Made by a program: the position numbers and the translations under genes. The notes beneath the pieces are model-generated. The model saw only the letters and a program-made list of their open reading frames with translations, was not told the DNA's origin and ran no database searches. A stretch of DNA of 64,000 bases from Scenedesmus sp. PABB004 (taxonomy: Eukaryota): positions 744,001-808,000 of the forward strand of contig JABVCE010000009.1 of NCBI GenBank assembly GCA_014905635.1, read 5' to 3'. Position 1 is the stretch's first letter. Every line of letters starts with the position of its first letter. Shown one piece after another: positions 1-9,601 of this stretch.

Positions 1-43
1 CATATCTGCCGTGAACGAGTTCCGGACGAGCCGCGGCCAGTGC

Positions 44-125
44 TGCTGCTATACATGCGCGGGGAAAAGGTTGAGAAGCTCACAGTGAGCTTCTCCAACT
101 CTTTTCCGGCACATGTATAGCAGCA
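44..125. repeat. Long imperfect inverted repeat / hairpin (about 40-nt arms)
   Basis: TGCTGCTATACATG (44-57) pairs with CATGTATAGCAGCA (112-125), GGAAAAG (63-69) with CTTTTCC (101-107), and GAGAAGCTCAC (73-83) with GTGAGCTTCTC (85-95), centred on position 84. Confidence 0.9.
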
Positions 126-741
126 AACAATGTGGCGGGGCAGGTTTAAACACGCGAGCGGCGCCAAACTCGTGCCGCCGCCGGCTCTTGCGTCTGCGCG
201 TTGCCGTGTCCCGCCGAGGCCGCGCGCGATCATGCGCGCGCCCGCCGACTGTGCACCGCCGCCGCCGACGTCCGAAGCGCGCGCCCCGGCAGTCTCGAGT
301 CGCGCGCGCACGCCGCGCCTACGTGCGCGCGGCGAGATCAGCGCCCGCCGCGCCGCCGCCGCTGCAGATCAGTACAGTGGGAGCCGAGGTCTGCGGCCGC
401 CAACCTTGAACAGCACAAGCACAAGCACACGAGCGCTGCGCGCGCGGCATGCGTCACGCCCTGGCCACGCACGACACCAACGCCCCGCGTGCCCCCTGCC
501 ACACCCCGGGACAGACGGCTGGCTACCTCTGCGCTGCGCCTGGCGCCACCCGCTGCGTCGCCACCCCTGCTGCTGCCGCGCTGCCAGCCCGTCGCCGGGC
601 GCGCCGCAGCGGCGGCCTACCGCTACCGTACCGCCTGCCAGATCAGGGTTCCGGGCGCGCGCCGGCGCCATGTGCAGAGAGAGGGAAAGAGGAGTGCGTG
701 GTGGGGCGGCGCGCCCGCGCCCGCGCCCGCGCCTACTGCTA

Positions 742-3383
742 CTACGCGCGGCGCAGCAGCTTGGTGATGCACATCACGGCCGCCTCGGTGTGCGCGGCGA
801 CGCGGGGCAGCGAAAACATGCCCGCGTCGAGGCCGAGCACGCTGATGTGCAGCGCCGCGGCGCGCGCGTGCTCGCTGCCGAGCACGTCGGGGCTCTCGAG
901 GAACTGCTGCACGCGCATGACGGTCTGGTGCATGCCGTCGGTCATGCGCAGCAGCTCCTGCATGCTCTCCATCAGCGCGCGCTCGCTCTTGGCGAGCGCG
1001 AGCGCGCGCTCCGCGGCGCCGCCGGCGGCGCGGGGCGCCGCCGCGCCGCCGCCGCCGCCGCCGGCGCCGGCGCCGCCGCCCGCGGGCTCCGCCGGCGGCA
1101 GCGTCACGCGCTCCTGGTTGGAGGTGTTGCTGTCGTCGGGGCTGCTCTTGTTGAACGCCTGCTGCCCGCCCGCCGCTGACCAGGCGCCGGGGCTGGGCGG
1201 CTTGCCCGCCGCCGCCGCGGCCGCCGCCGCCGTGGCCGCGGCCGCCGTGGCCGCCGCCGCCGTGGCCGCCGCCGCCGCCGCGCGCTGCGCCTGCAGGCGC
1301 GCCTGCGCCTGCGCGGCGCCGGCAGCGGCGCCGCCGCCCGCCTTGAGCGCGCGCACGTGCGCCTCGAGCTGCTTGCGCTGGTTGTGCAGGTTGCGCATGT
1401 TGGCGATCGCGCCGAGGCGCTCCAGCAGCATGCGCAGCGCCTGCTTGGCGACGTCGGGGCCGCGGCAGTTGCTGCAGCTCGCCATCGCCATCGCCGAGAG
1501 CGCGCCCGTCTGGCGCAGGAACTGCGCGCCGCTCAGCCCCGCGACGTGCGCGGCGAGGCGGTCGACCGGCGCGCCCGCGCCGCGCAGGCGCGCGAGCAGG
1601 CGCAGCGCCGCGTCCCACGCGAGCAGGAACTCGGCCGTGCTCAGCGCGTAGTGGCTGAGCCCAAACACGTCCCACGCGCCCAGGCTGTTGTGCCGGCGGT
1701 CGCCCTGGTGCTTCAGCTGCTTCGCGCGGTCCATGAGGCTGCCCAGGTACGCCAGCGCCTCCTCCTGGCTGCGCACGGGCCGGTCGTCCGGCGGCAGCGC
1801 GCGCTGCCGCACCGGCGGCACCGCCGACAGCACCGCGAGCGCGCGCGCGACGGGCGTCATCGCGCCGGGCGCGAGCTCCAGCAGCCGACCGCCGGCCGCC
1901 GCGCCGCCGCCGCCGCCGCCGCCGAGCGGCGCCGGCGCGGGCGGCGCGGGCGGCGCGGGCGGCGGCGCGGGCATGCTGACGGCGTCGAGCCCGCGCGCCG
2001 TGTCGGGCCCGCGCGGCAGGCTGCACTGCGAGCGGTCGCGCGACACCGCGGTCTGCTCCGGCTGCTCGGCAGCCAGCTGCGGCCCGCCCGCCAGCTCGAC
2101 CTGCGCCGCCGGCTCCGCCGGCGCCGCCCCGCGGCTCGCGGCCGCCGCGCCTGGCAGCAGCTGCTGCAGGTGCTGCGGCGCGGCCGCGCCCAGCTGCTGC
2201 TGGTGCGACGCCTCCGACGGCGGCGACTCGGCGGCTCCTGCCGCCGCCGCCGCCCCTGCCGCCGCCGGCGGCGCCGCGGCCGGGCCCGCGCCCGCCCGTG
2301 CCGCCGCTGCCCGCCGCCGCTGCTGCTGCTGCTGCTGCTGCTGCCGCGGCGCCGGCGGGCCGCGCGCGGCGGCGCCGTCCGCCCCGCCTGCCGCGCCGCC
2401 GGGCTCCACGCCCTGCGCGCCCTGCGCGGGCGGCGGCGCCGGCTCCGCGGGCTGCCCCGACGACTGCTGCAGCCGCGAGCGGCGCGCCTGCGCCGCCAGC
2501 TGCTGCGGCGGCGGGCCGCCGCCCTCGCTGCCCCCGCGCGACGGCTGCTTGGCGGCGGGCGCGCCGGCCGCGCCGGCGGGCGGCGGCAGCTCGCTCGCCA
2601 CCGACGGCGACGCCGGCGCGGCCGGCGCGCCCGGCTCCAGCATGCTCTGCACGCTGTTTGACAGCTGCGCCGTGTCGCGCGCGCGGCCGCGCGTGCTGCG
2701 CTGCCGCTTGCTGCTGCCCCACGCGAGCTGCTCGCCGCCGCCGGGCTCGCCCAGCTCGCCGCCGCCGGGCGCGAGGCGCTTGCGCACGCGTCGCCGCCCC
2801 GGCTCGGGCTCGGGGCCGGGGCCGGCCTGCTGCGGCGCCGGCGGCGGCGGCTCCGGCGAGGGCTCCCGCCACGGCGACAGCAGCACGCCGCCGGGGAGGC
2901 CGGCCACGCCCTGCTGGCAGAACGCCTCGACTGCGGCGGGCACGGCGCGGCGGGCGCGGCTGTCGGCCGGCGGCGCCCAACCGCCCGCGGCCCCGCGGCG
3001 GCCCCCCGCGGCGCCGCTGCAGCCGCTGGCCTCGCCGGGCCGGGCGGGCGCATCGGCGCGGCAGCGGCGCCGGCGGCGGCCGCGCGGGCGGGCGGGGCGC
3101 GCGCGCCCAACAGCAGCGCGCCGCACCCGCTGTGTGCAGCTCCGCCAGCGTTTGCGCGACGCCGCCGGCGCCGGCGCCGCCGGGCGCGGGCCCTGGCGCG
3201 CCTGCGGGGGCGGGGCGCGCCGTGGGCGGCTGCGGGGCGGCAGCGGGGCGCGGCGCGCGCGGCAGGCGGGCGCTCACCGCTGGGCGTCGCCCTCCGCGCT
3301 CCGCCCGGGGGCAGCTTGAGCTTGATGCGCACCTTGGCGCCCCCCAGCGACGGGGGCGGCGCCCGGCACTCGGTCTGCGCCAT
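742..3383 (-). CDS. Hypothetical low-complexity protein (spliced) with a helical C-terminal domain
   Basis: GCCGCCATGG start at 3383 (MAQTECRAPPPSLGGAKVRIKLKLP), GTGAGC donor at 3277, and a long terminal exon with globular-looking sequence (QEEALAYLGSLMDRAKQLKHQGDRRHN...YALSTAEFLLAWDAAL...CITKLLRRA*). No family recognised. Confidence 0.6.
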
Positions 3384-3962
3384 GGCGGCCCGCCGGGGGC
3401 GCGCCAACGCGCTGCCCGGTGGGGATGCCGGCGAGAGGGGGGGGGGCGGACGGGCGGGGCGGGCGGCTCGGCGCGCGCCCGGAGGCCGCCCGGACGACCG
3501 CTGCGAGGTCCGGGAACCGCCCCAGGCCGGCGCAGCGCACGCCGGGCCCCCGCTGCGCGCGCGCTGGCACCGGCTGGGCCAGCCCTCTGCTGCGCCCCCG
3601 CAGGGCGCCCCGCGCCCGCCACCCGCTCACCTGGCGACGCTCAGGCCGTCCCTGCGCGCACGGGCATCGCGCTGCCGCGGGGCGCACCGCTCCACGCGCT
3701 CCTTCACGGGCCGGTCTCGGGCACGCGCTTCCACTTCCGCCCTGCTGGCGTGCTCCCCGGCCTCGCTACCGCCGTGGGAGCGCCGGCCGGTGGTCTCAAC
3801 ACCGGCGGCTGGGGGGATGGGGCCTGCCGGGGCGCCCCGGGGGGCGCCCCGACGCCGCGGGCGCGCGGCGCGCGTGCGCGGCGCGCGTGCGCGGCGCTGC
3901 CACCGCCGCGCGCGCGCGCCGCCGCCGCCAACACCGACCATGGGCATCCTCTGATCGCCGGC

Positions 3963-4068
3963 CGCCTGAAACAGGCCACAGCGGCGCGAGGCATAACGGT
4001 TTGGGACCGGCCCGCAGGTCGGTGCCCCCGCGAGGGGGTCCCACCCACCCGGAACGGGTGACCATGCG
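3963..4068 (-). ncRNA. Candidate Fanzor omega-RNA scaffold (multi-stem structure 3' of the nuclease ORF)
   Basis: Minus-strand stems: GCATGGT/GTTATGC closing stem, CACCCG-TTC-CGGGTG, GGGAC/GTCCC, CCCC-CTCGCG-GGGG, ACCG..CC-TGCG-GG..CGGT, and a terminal GCCTG-TTT-CAGGC. Lies about 110-215 nt downstream of the Fanzor-like stop codon. Confidence 0.5.
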
Positions 4069-4176
4069 AGAAACGCACGCGCACACGCCTGACCTAACCT
4101 GGCAACACAACACAACAGCAAGAGGCCTTTTAACGTCCTGCCCAGGACGGAGAGCGCAGCGCACCGCGCACGCCGC

Positions 4177-5583
4177 TCACGCCGGGGGGCCCACCGCGGC
4201 GGCGGCCGCCTGCCGGAACGCGCCGGCGAGGCGCGCGCCGCCCGCCGTGCCGCGGCCGCCGGGCAGCAACTCGTGCAGCGTGAGCGCGCAGATGTTGCGC
4301 GCCGCGTTGTCGTCGCGCGGCGCGACGACCGTGCACCCGGGGCACTGCATCAGACCATAGATGCCCCGCAGCTTCTCCACGCGCGCCCCGCCAACAGAGC
4401 AGGTGATGCTGGTCCGGTGCTCGTCCATGAGCACCGCGGCGACGCGCCGGCGCGCGCAGTACGTGCGCAGCAGCGCCAGCAGCGCCTGCCGCGGCGGCCC
4501 CGGCCCCGAGATGCAGCCCCCCATGCCCAGGCTGGCGTCCCCGATGCCCAGCACCACCGCGGGCAGGTCGGCGGGCAGGCGCGCGTGCGGCCGGACGCGC
4601 CCGCGCACAAAGACCCGGCCGTATGCAGTCAACTGAATCACGGCATGCAGCGCGCGCTGCTTCAGCCCGTGCTTCCGCAGCCGCCACGCACACTCTGCAC
4701 GGCACGCAAGCAAGCTATATGCGAATGCATTGTTGAGCACATGATGCACCCGGCCGTTGCGCCACGCGGCGGCGGCGGCGACGCTCGTGCCCGAGTATGC
4801 AGGCACGCGGTTCAGGCAGGCATGCACGCAGTCGCCGCCGCCGGGCGGGCGGCGGTCGTACCGCCCCGGCCGCCCCGGCCGCCCCCCCTGCCAAAGCCGG
4901 TGCCGCTCGATCCCGCGCGCGTCGCGGTGTGCGGCGGTCTTTATTCTTGTTATGCTCTCAGCCTCGTAGCGGCGGCCGTGGTCGCCGCGGTGGCGCGGCG
5001 CGTTGGGGCAGCGCCGCTGCGCGATGCGGCGGTGCGCGACGCGCGTGCAGCCCGGGCCCTGCCGCCAAGTCGCGGCACAAACTATGCGGGCCCGGCCCGG
5101 GTCGATTCCGACGACGCGCACGCCCGCGTGCACGGCCGCGGCCGCGCCGCGCAGCGCGTGCCCCGGCGGCAGGCCCTCCACGCCGCGCAGCTCGCACGGG
5201 TCGAGCGGCAGCGCGTCCGGGCCGCCCTCGGGGCGTGCTGTTCCGAGGCAAAAGCGCCGTGGGAGTGGCGCGGAGGCGGCCTGCGGCCCCAGGAGGCCGG
5301 TGGCCGACCGCTGCTGCTGCGCCCGCAGGCCCTGGCCCGCAGGCCGCACGCGCCTGCCCGCGGAGCCCGGCGTGACGGTGTGGGAGCCGCGTGGTCGGTG
5401 GCGCGGCCCGGCAGCAGCGAGGTGATGCCCGACCCGCGAGGTCAACGCCCGCCGCGACCGCGGCCGCTCGCGGCCGCTCGCGGCCCGCCCGGCGGCTGCA
5501 CGGGGGACATCGCGACTCACGCAGGCGGCGGCGTCGCGGTCTCCGCACCACCGGCGGCGCGCGTCGCGTTGCGCCGACGTCAC
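4177..5583 (-). mobile_element. Fanzor1 / TnpB-like RuvC nuclease ORF (probably 5'-truncated)
   Basis: RuvC-I VVGIDPG (D at 5101-5103), VVLGIGDAS..GPP, RuvC-II VLMDEHRTSITCS (E at 4420-4422), zinc-finger half CPGC, and RuvC-III RDDNAARNI (D at 4312-4314). No intron through the nuclease region, locally lower GC, and no in-frame ATG before RuvC-I. Confidence 0.85.
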
Positions 5584-5767
5584 CAGGCGCCGTCGCTCTT
5601 AGCCCGCGCCCCGCCGGCCCGCCACTCGCTCCCACCCCCGCTCTCACGCTCGCACAGCCCCTCCGCGCCAGCAGCGCACTCCCGCGCCCGCCACCCCACG
5701 CGCGACCGCGTCGCCGCCGCCGCGCCGCCCCGCGCCGCGCGCCGCAGCGCCCCGCCGTCGCAGCACC

Positions 5768-6582
5768 ATGCAGAAGCGAGTCGCCCGCGCGCCGCAGCGC
5801 CCCGCGCGCGCCGCAGCGCCCCGCGCGCGCCGCAGCGCCGCCGCGACCGCCGCCGCGCGCGCGCGCGCCGCGCTGATCCCCTGCCGCCGCGCTGTTCCCC
5901 TGCCGCGCGCAGGGTCAAGGGCGCCATGGAGAAGGTCATCCACCCGCGCCGCCACGGCGCGGCGGCCGACACGGCCGGCGAGTACGACACCGTCGGCGCG
6001 ACCAGCTACGCGGGCGACACGGCGACCGGCGCGGCCGGCGGCTACGCGGGCGACACCACCAGCGCGGCCGGCGGCTACGCGGCGGGCGATGGCGCGGTCG
6101 AGCGCCCCGTCGGCGTGGGCGTGGCGGAGGTGCCGGTCGTCGTGACCGAGCAGGAGCGCGTCGGCGCCGGCGCCGGCGCGCGCGGCGCGGGCGAGGAGGT
6201 GTGCGGCGTGAAGACCTTCACCGAGGTCGAGGACCGGCCCGTGATGAAGGAGCGCGTGGAGCGGTGCGCCGCGTGCCGTGCCGGCGTGCGGCGCCCGCCT
6301 CGCACGCTGCGCGCGCTGCGCGCGCGCCGCGCTCACGGCGCGAGCCCACACCCGCGCCCGCGCCGCCCGTGCGCGCGCACTCGCAGCGTGCTGGAGCACC
6401 GCCCCGTGCAGAAGGAGTATGAGGTGGAGACGCGCTTCGTCGGCGAGACACCGCTGCCGAGCGCGGCCGGCGCGACCGTGATCGGCGCGACTGAGCGCGT
6501 GGTCGAGGCGGCCGAGCCGGGGCCGCGCTGCCCGGCCTCCGCGGGCGTGATGATGGACGAGGCCGCCGGCCGCCGCCTGTGA
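5768..6582 (+). CDS. Small hydrophilic protein of unknown function (EDRPVMKERVERVLEHRPVQKEYEVETRFVGE motif)
   Basis: Exons 5768-5775, 5913-6263 and 6387-6582 join in frame to MQKVKGAMEKVIHPRRHG...; contains A(G/S)GYAGD-like repeats. The first intron is GC-AG. Confidence 0.7.
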
Positions 6583-6784
6583 GCGCGCGGGCGCCCGCGC
6601 GGCGCGTGCGCGTGCTCGCGCGCGCGCCGAGGGTTGTGCGCGCGCGCCCTGTTGAGCGAGACGCAGTTGCAGTAACACGAGTCGGCAGCTACACCCGCCC
6701 CCGCGCCCCCGCTCCGCTCCGCCCGCCGTTTCTAGGCAGCGGCGCGCGCGGGCTGCAGCTGCAGCGCGTGCGCGGCGTCTGCGG

Positions 6785-8081
6785 TCAGGCGTTGGGGTCG
6801 AGCACGCGCAGCACGCCCATGCGCACGAGGTGCTCCGCCTCGGAGCAGCGCAGGTTGTGCACGCTGCCGCGCACGAGCGGCACGCTCGCGCTGTGGCTGC
6901 ACGCGATGCTCCCGGCGTCGCGCAGCACCATCACGCGCACGTTGGCGTCCTTCGGCGGCGTCAGGTCCTGCGCGGCGGCCGGCGCGGCGCGGCGCGGTGC
7001 GGGCGCGGGGTCGCGCGCCGCCCCGCCCCGCCCCCGCGGCGGCGCGCACGCGCGTCCGCGCCCGCGAGCGCGCCGTGCGCTGCCGGCCAGGGGGCACACG
7101 CGCCGCACCAGCGTCAGGTCCATGCCGACGCCCTCGTGCCCCATGTAGCGGTTCAGTGCGGCGTCATAGTCGCTGTAAAACTGCGGCGGCGCAGCAGCAG
7201 CAGGCGGGTGGGCACGCAGGCAGGGGCGCGCGCGTCGGCCGGCCGCGCGGCGCTGCGGCGCCGTTGCCCGCGCGCGGCTGCCGCCCCCGCACGCACCTGC
7301 TGCTCCTGCGGGGACATGTTCTCCTTGACGTCGGCGCTGAGGAAGCGCTGCTGCCAGCGCACCTTGACCAGCACGTCCGCGCGCATCTTGCTGCGCGGCG
7401 GCGGCGGCGCCCAGGCGCGTGCGTGAGCCACCGGCCGTGCGCCGGCTGGCCGCTGGCGGTGCGCGAGACGCGCCCGCGCGCGCGCTCACTGGTACGTCAG
7501 CAGGATGCGCTTGAGCTTGAGGCACGCCGCGTGGTGCACCATCACCGCGCCCGCGAGCTCAGGCTTGTCCTTCCAGGGCAGCGCGTCGTCGCCGCCCTCG
7601 TCCGGCTGCTGCTCCGCCGCGCCGCCGTCGCTGGCCTCGCCCGGCTCCTGCTGCTGCTGCTGCTGCTGCCGCTGCCGCCGCTCCCGGTCCTGCTGCTGCT
7701 TGTGCTCCGCGCTCAGCTCCCTGCGCGCGCGCGGGCGGGCGGGCGGGCGCGGGTCGGCGCGCCGCGCGGCCGACGCGCGCTGCGCCACCAGGGCCGCACG
7801 CGGGCCGCGCGGCTCGCGCGCACGCACTCCACTATTCGCTGGATGCTCTGCTGGTGCATATTGAGCTGCGCCACCGCCTGGCGCACCACGTCCTCCTGCG
7901 AGCAGGGCCCGGTGCGGTAGGCAGGCGGCAGGGGGTGGGTCGGGGGCCGCGCGGCCTCGCCACGCGCGCCGCCTGGCAACGCGCCGCCCCCGCCACGCCT
8001 CACGTTGTAGGCCGGCAGCTTGCCGTCGGCGGTGAGCATCTCCTTGATCAGCGCCGTGGCCCGCCGCGTGAGCTCCGCCAT
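6785..8081 (-). CDS. PSF1: DNA replication complex GINS subunit Psf1
   Basis: Spliced product: MAELTRRATALIKE..LPAYNEDVVRQAV..HHAACLKLKRILLTY..ENMSPQEQQFYSDYDAALNRYM..MDLTLDLTPPKDANVRVMVLRDAG..HNLRCSEAEHLVRMGVL, which carries the Psf1 signatures. Confidence 0.9.
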
Positions 8082-8712
8082 CGCCGCCGCTGCGCCCGCC
8101 GCTGCGGCGCGCCGCCGGCGCCGCCGCCGCTCCCGGTGCCCCTGCTGCGCTGTCCGGCGCTAGACAAACGTCGCGGAGGAGCGCCTCAGGCGGCCATGGC
8201 GCGCCCCCGGGGCGCGGGGGCGCCGGGAGGCGGGGGGATGCAAACAGGCCGCCTCACAACGCGCCGCGCGGGCCTGCCGCGCCCCGGCGGCGAGGGAGCC
8301 GATGCGGAACGATCAAGCCCGGCGCTCCCGGTCGGGCGCGGGCCTCGCAGCGACCGCTCCGCGGTGCCGAGCGGTGCAAGCGGTCGCTCACGGGCTCGTC
8401 GGAGGGCGGTGTTGGTCTGGAGGGGGCGCAGGAGCGAGGGGAGCGCGCACGAGCTGGGCGCCGCGCGCTGCCGCGCCACCGGTGGCACCTTTTTGAACGG
8501 CGGCGTGCGGTTTTTCGCGCGGCGGCGGCACATGATGGTGGCAGCTTCTCCCGCTCAGCGCGCTGACAGAGCGCGCTCGCACCGCCGCCGCCGCCGCTCC
8601 CGCCGCGGCACCACGCCGCGCTGCTGCCGCTCGCCGCTGCCCCGCCGCTGCTGCCGCGCGGCGGCAACCGGCTGCGCCCGAGCCGCAGCGGCAGCCCCCA
8701 GCAGCAGCCGCC

Positions 8713-9097
8713 ATGCCGCCGCCGGTCAAGCCGCCGTGCAAGCAGGAGGCGTGCAACATCCAGGCCTGCCTCGCCGCGAGCGACTACCAGGCGCGCGCCG
8801 CTGCGCCGCCCGCGCGCCGCCCGCGGCCGCCCGCGCGCCGCCCGCGGCCGCCCACGCGCCGCGCGCCGCCGCTCGCGCCGTCGCGCCGGGCAGGACGCGG
8901 CGTGCGTGGCGCAGATCGCCGCGCTGATCGCGTGCTGCGACGCCGTCGCCGCGGCCGCCGGCGCCGGCGCGGAGCGCCCGGTGCACTGCGGCTTCACACC
9001 CCGCTACCGGCGCCTCATCGGCGACGCCCAGGCGGTGGCCGCGGCGGGCGCAGGCGCCGCCGGCGCCGGCGGCGGCGCGCGCCACCCGGGCGGCTGA
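8713..9097 (+). CDS. CMC4: Cx9C-motif mitochondrial intermembrane-space protein CMC4 (MTCP1NB-like)
   Basis: PCKQEACNIQACLAASDYQ|DAACVAQIAALIACC has the CMC4 Cys spacing. GC-AG intron at 8791-8893; TGTAA at 9421. Confidence 0.85.
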
Positions 9098-9601
9098 CGG
9101 ACGCCGAGCCGCCGCCGTCTGAACGAGAGAGAGAAAGAGACACGTCAATCACCCCTCCACCGCGAGCAGCGGCCCCGGCTCGGGGGCGCCCGCCGGCCCG
9201 CCGACGCAGGGCAGGGGCGCCGCCGCCGCCCGCGGCGGCGCCCACCCGTCGGCGGCCCCACGTGCCAGCTTTGCGCGGTCGGCGCAGCGGTGGCGCCTGG
9301 CGGCGGCAGGCGCGCCGCCGCCGGCGGCGGCGCCTGTGCGGCCGCAGCAGCCAGCCAGCCAGCGCGCCGCGCGCAACCCCGGTGAAAAGCGCCCGCCCGG
9401 CTGCCGCCGGCGCGCGGCCCTGTAATCCTCCCGCCCGTCCGAAATCGTGTTGGAGGCCGCGACCGCAGCCGCCGGACGCGCCCGGACGCGCCCAGCTCGG
9501 CGGCGCAGGCGGCGGGAGCAGCGCCGGGCACGCCAGCGCGCGCGGCTCCCTGCACATGGCCGTGCGCCCCTAGCGGTCCCGCCCGGGACGCGCGGCGCAC
9601 G

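Noticed and set aside
3681..6270. The 36-nt inverted pair as terminal inverted repeats of a Fanzor-carrying transposon
   Set aside because: The right copy is conserved coding sequence plus a splice donor of an intact gene, and no target-site duplication is evident. Kept only as an unexplained duplication.
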